The notes under the pieces: generated by a model
Databases searched by the model: none
What the model was told of the DNA's origin: nothing
The model's input: the letters and a program-made list of their open reading frames with translations, nothing else
IMG/VR virus record: IMGVR_UViG_3300044816_000012
Span: 1 to 46,280 of that record
DNA: 46,280 bases
From: a virus
Strand: one strand, 5' to 3'
In this document: in pieces, positions 22,187-32,263 of the stretch
How positions within the stretch are numbered: position 1 is the first letter of the stretch
Layout: each line of letters starts with the position of its first letter
Position numbers and translations under genes: made by a program

Positions 22187-23688
22187 TGCCGATTATCGAC
22201 GTTCCCGCACCGACAAATGCAGACGGCCGCTACTATTGGTTCGGTAGCGCTTCTGGGGTGACTGGCGGGCAAATAAACTTCGTCGGTGATTTAACACTTC
22301 TGACTGGCAATGCGGCGCTTACCTGGACGGTGCTACAGCGCTCAGGCGACGGTAGCTATCCGGTTGTTACATATTCCACGGACGGCGGTACTACTTTACA
22401 TAGTGCTCAAGTCGGGAGCGAAGGCACACCGCAGGAAGTCATCAATGAGAGCGGGGATATCGTCGTATCCCTGACGGCGGCGACGGGTTTTATCGTCAAC
22501 GTTACGACTGCGGGCGGAGCGCCGATAACCGGCGCTAAGCAGTGGATTCTAGCGATTGCCATCACGCGCAATACCAATGAGACGTTGGCTTGGGACACTC
22601 CTAATCCTTTTGATCCAGTAAATTACAATGCCCAGCGCTTAGACTTCTCCGGATACCCCTCGGCGACATTGCTGGCATTGCGCACCCGGATGATAAACCG
22701 CCTTGGGTTCAAGACGCTGCTAAATGAAGTTCCGGGGCTGACGCTACTTCAGATGCAGACCTACCTCATGCAACGCTTGGGGTTCTCCAACCAGGCGGCT
22801 AACCCGCCTCCCGGCATGGCTGCATTGCTGACATCGATTATCAATGAGGCACAGCAGGGGCTATACCGCAGGTACGCGCAGGATACCTATATAGACGCAG
22901 CACCGCCCCTACTGGTCAACCCCACGGATACCTTGACGCTTGACAATCTGGCGGTACAGTTACTGGCTACTGCTACGGGTAAGGCGCATTACGGTCAGAA
23001 GGACGCCAGCATCATAGGCAACCAGTTTGAGAACTACCTAGCAGAACTGAAGGTACGCTTTCCGCCGAACCTGGTTAACATCCTGAATGACTTCTTGACC
23101 AGCGCTCAGACCTACCTTTATCGGCGATACACCGCGCTCCATACGCGCAGGTTCTTCCGGTGGAAGGTCATACCGGGCCAGCGGTTCTATTCCCTCAAAG
23201 ACAACGATGAGGACATCTTGGGGGCCTTCCATCTTGACCCGGCTAAGAAAATTGAATGGGTAGGCATCCAAGATACGCGCAATGTCTGGTATCCGCTTAT
23301 CCAGGGCATACCGCCGCAACTCTATACGATGATCACGAAGCCTTGGAGGCCAGCACGATATGACATCCGACAGGCAATCGAGCTTTACCCCGCTCCCGAC
23401 CAGACCTATTGGCTGTGGATGCGCGCGCACTTTGGATTGCTTGCTTTTAGCGCGGATACCGATACAACGACTATCGATAGTGAACTGGTGTTTCTGCATG
23501 CGCTTGCAAACGCAAAATCCCACTTCAAGCAGCCAGACGCCAATAACATAGAGGCGCAGGCTAACGCCTACCGCGCTGAGTTGATTGCTGGCACGCACCA
23601 GACGGCACATTACATCCCTGGAACGATAGCGGTGCCACCAGCCGTTCGTCCAACCCTGATTCAGTTCGACGCTAATCAGGGGGCATAG
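22186..23688 (+). CDS. virion structural protein (500 aa), possible adaptor/tail-tube component
   Basis: Large ORF with TAATG coupling; the function is guessed from position only. Confidence 0.7.
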   Translation: MPIIDVPAPTNADGRYYWFGSASGVTGGQINFVGDLTLLTGNAALTWTVLQRSGDGSYPVVTYSTDGGTTLHSAQVGSEGTPQEVINESGDIVVSLTAATGFIVNVTTAGGAPITGAKQWILAIAITRNTNETLAWDTPNPFDPVNYNAQRLDFSGYPSATLLALRTRMINRLGFKTLLNEVPGLTLLQMQTYLMQRLGFSNQAANPPPGMAALLTSIINEAQQGLYRRYAQDTYIDAAPPLLVNPTDTLTLDNLAVQLLATATGKAHYGQKDASIIGNQFENYLAELKVRFPPNLVNILNDFLTSAQTYLYRRYTALHTRRFFRWKVIPGQRFYSLKDNDEDILGAFHLDPAKKIEWVGIQDTRNVWYPLIQGIPPQLYTMITKPWRPARYDIRQAIELYPAPDQTYWLWMRAHFGLLAFSADTDTTTIDSELVFLHALANAKSHFKQPDANNIEAQANAYRAELIAGTHQTAHYIPGTIAVPPAVRPTLIQFDANQGA

Positions 23689-26381
23689 TGCGTCCAGTTG
23701 CGCTGTCCGTCCTGACTGCTGGTATCTCCAGGCTCCGTGTTAAAGGCGGGGCTAGCAACCAGCAGTTGTATGATTTGGTTAACGCTTACGTGACGCAGGC
23801 AGGTTCTATCGTGCCTAGAGAAGGCACAATACGGTCGCAGACGCTTGACGGAACTACCGTTGGTCTCGCCGCCATGAACGGCATATTCCAGGTATTTTCT
23901 AACACCTTCGTCACTGTGCCCGCCGGGTACAACGATAACGTACTGGTTAACCCGGTAAACCCAGCGCTAGCAGTTACGAAGATATGGTTTGCCAAGCCAT
24001 TCTTGGGGTTCCTATATGTCGTAGCGCAATTCAGCGACGGCAGCATCTACCACTACTGGCTACAGAGCACGGGAGTATGGACCGCTAACACGGTGTATTT
24101 CAACAGTAGCATCGTTACCCCTACACCGGCTAACGGACTGGCATACCAAGCAACGCGAAACTTTCCAGTCAACTCTACATGGTCTCCGCAGTCGGTAATC
24201 ACGCTTAACCAGTACGTAGAGCCGACGGCATATACAGGATTCGCATACAGGGCGGTAGCGGTAGCGGGGGCTACGCCACACACCGGAAGCACTGAACCGG
24301 TATGGCCTATTGTAGCTGGCGGCACGATAGAGGAATTTGGCGATTTCGATACATCATCGACGGATGCAGGGACTACGCAATCTACGAATACCTCTACGGG
24401 AGCGCAACCGCTTGGATCTAATATCACGGATAGGTACGGAAACTCTGCGACCATATCAGGCAGTGGCACTTCGTCAGGATCGGCTACGACTGCGGTAGTA
24501 GCCCAGACGACAGTGACCGTGTGGGCACCAGGGACGCTGTACGCCCCCGGTGCTGTCGTTCAGCCGAGCACTAGTCAGGGCGCGTTTATAAACGCCATCC
24601 CGAACGGTGATTTTGAGAACGGTAACGACGGTAACTGGGTGCTGAGTGCCGGTGTCGCGTATAATACCGCTCAGCAGTACCAAGGCAATGAATGCCTTAT
24701 AATGACTGCGACTAATAACGTAGTTACGGCTACGATGTTCAATTTCGGTGTAGTCACTCCGGGGCAGAGCGTAACGGCTAGTGCCTATGTCAATCCGAAT
24801 AACGTCGGCGCAGACTTGTCCATGTATGTCAGCCTCCGCTGGTATAACAGTAGCGACACGTTCATAAGCCAAACAGACGGACCAATAAACCAAGGTGGGG
24901 GTTACCGTCCTACGCACGTAACCGGCACGGCTCCTGCGACTGCGGCGCATGTCAGGGTGCGAATCAATGCGGGTAACGGCACTAGCGCACGGCAAGGTGC
25001 AGTGGATCTTGTGACTTGGAGTCTTGAGCAACCTGCCGCTATCAGCAACTTCATCTATGAAGCGGTGCAAGCGGCGGCTGCCAGTTCAGCGTCTACCGAG
25101 CCTGCATGGCCTACGGTAGCCGGCGGTACGGTTATTGACGGTGGAGTTACCTGGGAAGCTATCGGAACCTCCATTATCAACTGGCAAGCCATCCCCCTCA
25201 TGAAGTCGGGTGCTACGCAGCCGACCTTCCCTACAACGATAGGGGTAGCGGTTAACGATCCTAGTACGTTCACTGACCTGAACGGCGCGGTAATCAATAC
25301 CAGCATGTCCTGGGTAGCCATTGACAGGCACATAGCCGATATAAACGATCCCAATACTAAGGCCGTGGCGCTGGTAGCTTCGCACATCTTCGCGGCTAAT
25401 AAGGACATCGTTTCGTACTCTGCTGCGGTAGATCCAACCGACTGGACTAGCGCCAATAACGCGGGATACCTACCTACAGGGCTAAATAACTATGGGGACA
25501 ATCCGGTAGCCGTGCTGGCGCTCTACCGTTCTAATCTGGTTGTCTTCAATGCTGGTGGCTACCAGATGTGGCAGGTAGACCCAGACCCAGCCAACATGGC
25601 TCTTTTGGATGCGCAGCCCGTCGGTTCGATCTACACTCGCGCCGCGCAGTCGGTTTCGAACGACTTGCTGTTTTTGACCGAAGTTGGGGTAAGGAATCTT
25701 GGCACGGTAGGCGCAACCGCTAATATGCAGATAGGGTCTTCTGGGCAGGCTATAGACCCGCTGGTTAAGGCGCAGTTGCAGGCAGGCACCTACGACCCTC
25801 TTTCGCTCTACTATCCCGGTAGGGGGCAGTATTGGCTTATCTTCGGGCCGCAAGCTTTCGTCTTCACGGTTAACGGCGATGGCCTGCGCACGTGGAGCCG
25901 CTATGTATTTCCCGATGTGATCACGGATTGGACCCTTAACGGAGCAACGCTATACTTGCGTAGCGCCGGTAACCTAGTATGGCAGTTTGACGCCAATACT
26001 CACGTTGACGACTTCGGGGGCGCGAACGTTGGATTTAAAGGGGTCGTTCAGTGGCCCTATCTGGATCTTGACACGATTGGTATTAACAAAATGCTGGTTG
26101 GCATTGACCTTATTGGCATAGGCGATGTCAGTATTCAAGTAGGGTTCCTTCAGACTGACCTTACTACATTCAGCGATAACGCAGGGTTCGCCACATCGCT
26201 TAATGTCACCGCACCATACGATGTGCCGATAGGCGATACCGTACCAGGTGAACCGCTGCCAATTCCGATTAACGCTCCTAGCTACTCGCTGATTCTTACG
26301 TTCTCAGCTAATCAGGCTTGGGAGTGGGAGGCTGCTAATATGTACCTAACAGAAATGACAGGCGGAGGGGCTACAGGATGA
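23688..26381 (+). CDS. Large tail protein (897 aa) with CBM-like jelly-roll insert; possible nozzle/tail-tube B analogue
   Basis: NAIPNGDFENGNDGNWVLS...YVSLRWYNSSD...VRVRINAGNG resembles carbohydrate-binding module (CBM4/9-like) signatures. It is flanked by duplicated (S/T)TEP(V/A)WP..AGGT motifs. Confidence 0.75.
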   Translation: MRPVALSVLTAGISRLRVKGGASNQQLYDLVNAYVTQAGSIVPREGTIRSQTLDGTTVGLAAMNGIFQVFSNTFVTVPAGYNDNVLVNPVNPALAVTKIWFAKPFLGFLYVVAQFSDGSIYHYWLQSTGVWTANTVYFNSSIVTPTPANGLAYQATRNFPVNSTWSPQSVITLNQYVEPTAYTGFAYRAVAVAGATPHTGSTEPVWPIVAGGTIEEFGDFDTSSTDAGTTQSTNTSTGAQPLGSNITDRYGNSATISGSGTSSGSATTAVVAQTTVTVWAPGTLYAPGAVVQPSTSQGAFINAIPNGDFENGNDGNWVLSAGVAYNTAQQYQGNECLIMTATNNVVTATMFNFGVVTPGQSVTASAYVNPNNVGADLSMYVSLRWYNSSDTFISQTDGPINQGGGYRPTHVTGTAPATAAHVRVRINAGNGTSARQGAVDLVTWSLEQPAAISNFIYEAVQAAAASSASTEPAWPTVAGGTVIDGGVTWEAIGTSIINWQAIPLMKSGATQPTFPTTIGVAVNDPSTFTDLNGAVINTSMSWVAIDRHIADINDPNTKAVALVASHIFAANKDIVSYSAAVDPTDWTSANNAGYLPTGLNNYGDNPVAVLALYRSNLVVFNAGGYQMWQVDPDPANMALLDAQPVGSIYTRAAQSVSNDLLFLTEVGVRNLGTVGATANMQIGSSGQAIDPLVKAQLQAGTYDPLSLYYPGRGQYWLIFGPQAFVFTVNGDGLRTWSRYVFPDVITDWTLNGATLYLRSAGNLVWQFDANTHVDDFGGANVGFKGVVQWPYLDLDTIGINKMLVGIDLIGIGDVSIQVGFLQTDLTTFSDNAGFATSLNVTAPYDVPIGDTVPGEPLPIPINAPSYSLILTFSANQAWEWEAANMYLTEMTGGGATG

Positions 26382-26863
26382 CGCTTCAGGTCTATACTAA
26401 TCCGCTATTACTGGATTTCATCAAAGTATGCATCGACATGCCTCAGGATGAACGCGAACAACTAGAAGCGTTTACCGGGCAGCCTTACGATATCGATGCG
26501 GCGGCGGTCGGGAACTTTTCCGCTCCAGGCCCTAAGTGGGTTATCAAGGCGGACGACGTTCCTATCGTTATTGGCGGCTTTGTCCCAGAGCGACCGGGCG
26601 TCTACCGGGACTTCATGCTAACAACCCCTACTGCTTGGGGGAAGCATTGGTTTCCGGTAACTCGTATTTGCCGACGGATCATGGACGCTATGCTCATGAC
26701 TGAGGCGCACCGACTAGAGTGCATCGCACCGCTTCCCAGGCTAACGGCCCGTCCAGCCATCGCGAAATGGTATGGGGTGCTAAATTACCATCAAGAGGGT
26801 ATCCTGTACGGGTATTGCGCTAACGGGGCGGACGCTGCCATATTTTCGAGGGTTAAACACTGA
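26378..26863 (+). CDS. hypothetical virion-module protein (161 aa)
   Basis: ORF with ATGA coupling. Confidence 0.7.
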   Translation: MTLQVYTNPLLLDFIKVCIDMPQDEREQLEAFTGQPYDIDAAAVGNFSAPGPKWVIKADDVPIVIGGFVPERPGVYRDFMLTTPTAWGKHWFPVTRICRRIMDAMLMTEAHRLECIAPLPRLTARPAIAKWYGVLNYHQEGILYGYCANGADAAIFSRVKH

Positions 26864-26866
26864 GCT

Positions 26867-27478
26867 ATGGGAACGGATAATAGTGCTGCGACAGCAGCCG
26901 CAGCGTCAGACGCAGCGCGACAACAGCAGATCCAGCAGTCAATTGGCCAGATTACGGACGCCTATTCTTCGCCTGCGCGCCAGCAGCAGTATGCCGATTA
27001 TGGTAAGAGCCTTAACGATTATTACACTGGCAACGTAAAGGACCAAGAAGCAACGAACGCTCGCAACCTGAAATTCGCTACGGCGCGTAGCGGCCTGACT
27101 GGCGGTTCGGCTGCGGTTGACGCTAATACGCAGTTGCAGAAAGACTACACAAAGGGTTTGTTGCAGGCATCTCAGCAGGCGCAGGCCGGGCAGTCGGCAT
27201 TGCAGCAGTCTGACATAAATTCCAAGAATCAGCTTATCAGCCTCGCGCAGCAGGGCAACTATACCGGCGCGATCCCAACGCAAGTTGCGCAGGCGCAACA
27301 GGCGTCCTTGGGCGCAGCGCAGAACTATAACAACGCTAACGCCTTGGGCACACTGTTTGGGGGCACGGCGCAGATTTACAATAACGAGCAGACAGCAGCG
27401 GCTAACCGCAAAGCGCAGATAACGCCGATTGGCAGTATCTACGGCGGTAGCGCCAGCACGTCTTCACCTTACGGGTAA
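26867..27478 (+). CDS. Gln/Ala-rich low-complexity virion protein (203 aa), possible internal/ejection protein
   Basis: ORF; composition. Confidence 0.65.
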   Translation: MGTDNSAATAAAASDAARQQQIQQSIGQITDAYSSPARQQQYADYGKSLNDYYTGNVKDQEATNARNLKFATARSGLTGGSAAVDANTQLQKDYTKGLLQASQQAQAGQSALQQSDINSKNQLISLAQQGNYTGAIPTQVAQAQQASLGAAQNYNNANALGTLFGGTAQIYNNEQTAAANRKAQITPIGSIYGGSASTSSPYG

Positions 27479-27481
27479 CCT

Positions 27482-27946
27482 ATGGGTGGTCATAACTTCT
27501 TCTCTAAAGTAGCCAGTATCGACCCTATAGCCCAAGCGGTGCACGCGCCCGGCTATAACGATGAGGCTAACTACCAACTGAAGCAGCACATGCCAGGCTC
27601 CAACGGTCCTTATTCTGGTGTTACGGCGTCGCTTGCTGGCGCTAATGCAGGCTACGCGGCTGGTGGTCCTGGGGCTAATGCCGATTGGAAGGCCCCGGTT
27701 CCCTGGCACCAGGGCGGCATTATGGGTGCTTTGCAGGGGGCTGCTTCTGGTGCCGATCCGCAGCGGGCGATACAGGCGGGACCGGGAGCTTACGGCTTGC
27801 CGAATACCGGAACGTCTACAGGACCGGTCGGGCAGTCTGGGTATAATGATACGTCAGCGTCCTACGTCAATGCAGCACGTAACGCGGTTCCTCGCCCGGT
27901 AATGACCGGAACGCAGGGCCAGATAGCACCGCCGAGGAGCTTTTAA
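27482..27946 (+). CDS. Gly/Ala/Pro-rich virion-module protein (154 aa)
   Basis: ORF. Confidence 0.6.
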   Translation: MGGHNFFSKVASIDPIAQAVHAPGYNDEANYQLKQHMPGSNGPYSGVTASLAGANAGYAAGGPGANADWKAPVPWHQGGIMGALQGAASGADPQRAIQAGPGAYGLPNTGTSTGPVGQSGYNDTSASYVNAARNAVPRPVMTGTQGQIAPPRSF

Positions 27947-27947
27947 T

Positions 27948-28157
27948 ATGGGAACGAAGTTCTTTAAAGCCCCAGGTAAAATGTCGGCTCCCGGCATGAA
28001 TATGACATCACGTGCCATAGGCGCAGCGTCATATGCCGGAAAAGGCGCGGCCATCAGCGCTCAGAAAGATTTGGGCGCAGCATCGGCGCTTGGTAAAGTC
28101 AAAGCCACGAAAACTACAGGTAACTCGGCATATGCGCCAGGGCCTAAAAAGCTATAG
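27948..28157 (+). CDS. small Gly/Ala/Lys-rich protein (69 aa)
   Basis: ORF. Confidence 0.55.
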   Translation: MGTKFFKAPGKMSAPGMNMTSRAIGAASYAGKGAAISAQKDLGAASALGKVKATKTTGNSAYAPGPKKL

Positions 28158-28172
28158 GAATCAGATACTTAT

Positions 28173-28886
28173 ATGGGCACAGAGGCTTTTTGGGTTCCGG
28201 CAGTGCTTGCAGCAGCAAGCGCAGGGGGTCAGTACGTAAATCAGAAGCAGGCGGCGAATCGGCAGGATACCGCCGAGGCGCAGTCTATCCGCGACCAGCA
28301 GGATATCCAGCAGAAGGCCGCAGGAGAAGTAAACTCGCTGACGAAGCAGATAGCCCAGAACAGTCCTAACCAGATTCAGGGTAAGGCTACCGGCGATTAC
28401 GTTAACCAATTGCGCACCGCTGCGGCCAGCGCCGATAGCAACAAGTCGCCAACCTTCGGCGCTTCGACTTCAGGACTAGCGCCTGTTGCCGGAGCAAGCG
28501 GTCGCTATAACGCGGATGTCGGCAAATCGCAGCAGCAGGTACAGGACTACGGTAATACGACCGCTGGCGAGATGGGTGCAATGGACGCAGCGGTACGTCA
28601 ACGGCAGAATGAGGGGCTTGCTCAGCAGACGCTTGGTACGAATCTTAATACTTTGGGCGCGCAGTCATACACGAAGAGCTTCGTGGATCAACTTAGAGCG
28701 CAGGCAGCGGGCGTACAAAATCCTTGGGTAACTCTGGGAACGGGTATGCTAGGCGCGGGGGCTAAGGGCTATTCGGGTGCCGGCGCTGCGGGAAGCGGAC
28801 TAGTGTCTACCGGCGCAGCAGCCAGTGGTGTAAACTCTACCGGAGCTTATAACGACCTGCTTAACTCAATCTATAAGGTACAGTAA
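28173..28886 (+). CDS. Gln/Ala-rich virion protein (237 aa) with N-terminal hydrophobic segment
   Basis: ORF; FWVPAVLAAASAGG, then a Q-rich body. Confidence 0.65.
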   Translation: MGTEAFWVPAVLAAASAGGQYVNQKQAANRQDTAEAQSIRDQQDIQQKAAGEVNSLTKQIAQNSPNQIQGKATGDYVNQLRTAAASADSNKSPTFGASTSGLAPVAGASGRYNADVGKSQQQVQDYGNTTAGEMGAMDAAVRQRQNEGLAQQTLGTNLNTLGAQSYTKSFVDQLRAQAAGVQNPWVTLGTGMLGAGAKGYSGAGAAGSGLVSTGAAASGVNSTGAYNDLLNSIYKVQ

Positions 28887-30122
28887 ATGGCAGACTCACA
28901 AGGGCTATTCGACGCATTGGCCGGTGCTGCGGGCCATCCGATAAACCGCCCCGCGTTAGATAACTTCGTGGCTCAGAGCCAGGCGCGCAACGGTTTAGTA
29001 TCGGCGCAGACTGATGAAGCTATTGGTAAGGCAAGGGCCGCGCAGGAAGAACAAGCGGCCAAAGGCCAGTTGCAGCAATCCTTGCGGACCATGATGGGTC
29101 CTAATAACCAGTCGCAAGCCGATGCTGCTGCAAACGTCATGCTAGCTGGCTTCAGCGATGCCAAAGGCGCTATAACGGCTCTTAACGAGTGGCAACAGAA
29201 CCAGCAGCGTGCGACGCTTGGAGACCCTAACCAGTTGGGTTCTCCAGCGCAGACAGCCGCACAGCAAGGGCTTCAGGGCAAGATTGCGGAGCCTATTGCA
29301 GTACCAAAGGAATATGCCACATTGCCGGGCGCGTACAAACCGGATGTGCAGCAAACGCCGCTCGGACAGGCGGATACCGCAGCGATGAGCGCTAACGCTG
29401 GTTTGCATCAGGCGCAGGCTGATGCCGGGGGTTTCAATCCCCATACCGGCGCAAATACCGGCAATCCAGAGCAGGACGCAGCGCTTAATAAGGCAGTAAT
29501 CGAAGGCCGCCTGGACCCTGCTAAGTTAAACAGTCGCACTGCGCCTATTTTCGCGAGAATGGAGATGGCAACGCCCGGAACCAATTACAACAGGTTGACG
29601 GCAGATGCTGCGCTACAACGTAACTCAGGATTCCAGCAGAAGGCTATGGTATTCGAGGCGCTACCTACAATCATGACGCACATGACCGAACTGGGTAAAA
29701 AGGTTGGGTATAGTGACTACAGCACAATCGGAAAGATGCAGCAGTTCATGAACGGTCAGCTTAACGATCCTGACTATACTGAGTACATGGCCGTCCGCAA
29801 CGACGCCTTAATGAACATTGCAAGCGTGATGCGCGGTACGGGCATGTCGGATCAAGCGCACAAAGCAGAAATGGAGGCGGCATCCCCGACGCTATCACCA
29901 CTAGCCCTAGACGGATGGCTCAAAGGCCAGATGGCGACACTTAAGCCTAGGCTACAGCAGGTTCAGCGTGTAGAGCATCACGGCGACCGTCCTGACACTC
30001 CCGTTGGTCAGAATGACACAGGGCAGGGCGATACGGCCACGCCGCAAGCCGCCGCTACCGCACCGCAGAATATCGCAAAACCCATGACCCTTGACGAATA
30101 CCTGAAATCACGGGGGCACTAA
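28887..30122 (+). CDS. putative internal virion/ejection protein (411 aa)
   Basis: Position and size; Q/A-rich. Confidence 0.6.
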   Translation: MADSQGLFDALAGAAGHPINRPALDNFVAQSQARNGLVSAQTDEAIGKARAAQEEQAAKGQLQQSLRTMMGPNNQSQADAAANVMLAGFSDAKGAITALNEWQQNQQRATLGDPNQLGSPAQTAAQQGLQGKIAEPIAVPKEYATLPGAYKPDVQQTPLGQADTAAMSANAGLHQAQADAGGFNPHTGANTGNPEQDAALNKAVIEGRLDPAKLNSRTAPIFARMEMATPGTNYNRLTADAALQRNSGFQQKAMVFEALPTIMTHMTELGKKVGYSDYSTIGKMQQFMNGQLNDPDYTEYMAVRNDALMNIASVMRGTGMSDQAHKAEMEAASPTLSPLALDGWLKGQMATLKPRLQQVQRVEHHGDRPDTPVGQNDTGQGDTATPQAAATAPQNIAKPMTLDEYLKSRGH

Positions 30123-32263
30123 TGCCCGTCGTAACGATGCCGGATGGTGCGCAAGTAGAGATGCCGGATGTAATCGATCCGGCACTCGGCGCGCGGCTGC
30201 GTTCACTTCACGATACGACACCACACGAAGTTACCGAAGGCCCCCAAGGGTTCCTGAACGGCGTAGCGGAAATCGCCGGTAAAGGCATTGGCAATATCCC
30301 CGGCGCTGCGGCACACGGCGTAAAAGACCTTTACAGCCGCATAGCGCACGGTCAAGGTGCGGGACCCTCTGCGCCTACCTTCCCCTTAAGCCCAAATGCC
30401 AAGAGTGTGGGTCAGGGCATAGGCGATGCGCTAGGCGCTGCGTCCGCTCCTTACCAACTACCCAAAGCCGCAACGGAAGCTGTTGACCAATACGTAGCGC
30501 CAGTAGTTAGTGATGTAGGGGCCATAGCGCCAGTGGCGGGGGCCGTCGGTAATATGACCGGTGCATTTTCCGCCGCAGAAGCAGCGGCTAATGCGCCTGA
30601 TTGGGCTAGATATGGTTATCGTACTGAGGAAGCGCACCCCATAGCGGCAGGCGCAGCGGGCAGCACTGGCACACAAGCGCTTACACTCCAGCATCAAGGC
30701 ATAAGCAATACGCTAGCCGGTGCTGAAGCTGGCGTACCGCATGGCACGAAGTTAAGTTATGAGGCACTAGCTAAAGGACAGGAAGCGCCTAACGCTGTTT
30801 TCGGTCGTGTCGCTGCGGCGCTACCAGAATCGCCACTAAGCCCGGCGGCCCAATCGATGGTTAGCGCCGTAGGGGACATCGGAAACCGAATAACGAAAGG
30901 CACACCGAATGCGCGTGCAAATATCGGCTCCCTCAAAGAGGACTTCTTGGCCCCTGACACTAAGTTCTCCGGGAACCAGATCGTAAATGAAATGCGCGGC
31001 TTGCGGCAGGAAGGGTATGCCAATATAGGCTCTGAGGACGTTAGCAATCAGCAGCTAGGTAAGGCGCAGCTTGATATGTCCCGTGCTTTGGAACAGCACG
31101 TACGAGATACACTACCCACTACCGCTGACGTATCAATGGACCAACTTGCGGCTGCTCGTACCGCCTTGGCTAAGAATCATGCGGTACAGAGCGCGCTACA
31201 CGGTTCAAACGTAGATCCCGCAGCCCTTGCGCGGGTTCAGCGTGCGGACCCTGACTTGCTTACCGGCGGCCTCAAGACGGTAGCTGACTTCACTAATGAG
31301 CACCCGGCGATATCCAAGCTGGCTAATAGCATTGAGTCACCGCCGAGTTTCCAGAGGGACCTAGGTAAGGCCATAGGCGGAGAACACCAGGACATTACGG
31401 GTCGCTTGTTCCGTGCCACCGGCATAGGGGCGGGAGCCCGCCGCGTGCTTACAGGCAATCCGCAGAAGGCTTTGGAGGCTGCGCAACGCGCGCCAGTTAC
31501 CGGTCTTGGCGATGAGTTCGCGCCTATCGATCAGGGCGCACCGCAACCGCCGCCGGGGCTTACCGCAGGGCCGATGGGTGCACCGCCGCAGGCTCCCGCA
31601 GCCAATCCCGGCGATATCCCGCTGGCCGATTTGCTATCGCACGGTGTCGAACAGCCGCCCACTGCGGGACTGTCCTTGGGTCAAGCACCACAACCAACAG
31701 GCATTCCGTTTAGCCATAACGCTGAGCACATGGCAGGTGACCTATCACTAGCCGATGAGTCAACGCAAGCCAGTCCGTTCAAAGGGCAGCCCCTGAGTAT
31801 GAGCGACTTTGCGGGCGTCAAGAGTCAAGGCGTACCAGAAGGCATAATGCAGCGCGCACCGGGCCGCGCGCCGTCGCGACTTAGCGATACCATAGACTTT
31901 GAGCCGAACAGCCTGAAGTTGGAGCGGCCCGCTGGCAAGGCATTTGAGCCTATGCAACGCGACCTCCTACAGAACAACGCTTCCGGAGAATCGGCGGCTA
32001 GCCTTGAGGCACAAAACCGACCGAAGCTAAACTTGGTCCAGTTCAATGGCGATACTGAAAAGCCGATCCTTAAGGACGTTACCCAAGCGGACATTGAGCC
32101 GGACAAAGGCCATGTCATCATAGACCGGGATACCGGTAGGGTTGTCAAAAGTGGCAAGATGGCTCCTAACCTAGTTAAGGGCCTTCTAGCTCGTTGGAAG
32201 AACTTCCAAGCCGAACCGAAGGGCGGCCCTTCACTAGCCGACGAGTTCGCGCCCGGTGGTTAA
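30122..32263 (+). CDS. putative internal virion/ejection protein (713 aa)
   Basis: Largest ORF before the fibre genes; TAATG coupling. Confidence 0.6.
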   Translation: MPVVTMPDGAQVEMPDVIDPALGARLRSLHDTTPHEVTEGPQGFLNGVAEIAGKGIGNIPGAAAHGVKDLYSRIAHGQGAGPSAPTFPLSPNAKSVGQGIGDALGAASAPYQLPKAATEAVDQYVAPVVSDVGAIAPVAGAVGNMTGAFSAAEAAANAPDWARYGYRTEEAHPIAAGAAGSTGTQALTLQHQGISNTLAGAEAGVPHGTKLSYEALAKGQEAPNAVFGRVAAALPESPLSPAAQSMVSAVGDIGNRITKGTPNARANIGSLKEDFLAPDTKFSGNQIVNEMRGLRQEGYANIGSEDVSNQQLGKAQLDMSRALEQHVRDTLPTTADVSMDQLAAARTALAKNHAVQSALHGSNVDPAALARVQRADPDLLTGGLKTVADFTNEHPAISKLANSIESPPSFQRDLGKAIGGEHQDITGRLFRATGIGAGARRVLTGNPQKALEAAQRAPVTGLGDEFAPIDQGAPQPPPGLTAGPMGAPPQAPAANPGDIPLADLLSHGVEQPPTAGLSLGQAPQPTGIPFSHNAEHMAGDLSLADESTQASPFKGQPLSMSDFAGVKSQGVPEGIMQRAPGRAPSRLSDTIDFEPNSLKLERPAGKAFEPMQRDLLQNNASGESAASLEAQNRPKLNLVQFNGDTEKPILKDVTQADIEPDKGHVIIDRDTGRVVKSGKMAPNLVKGLLARWKNFQAEPKGGPSLADEFAPGG

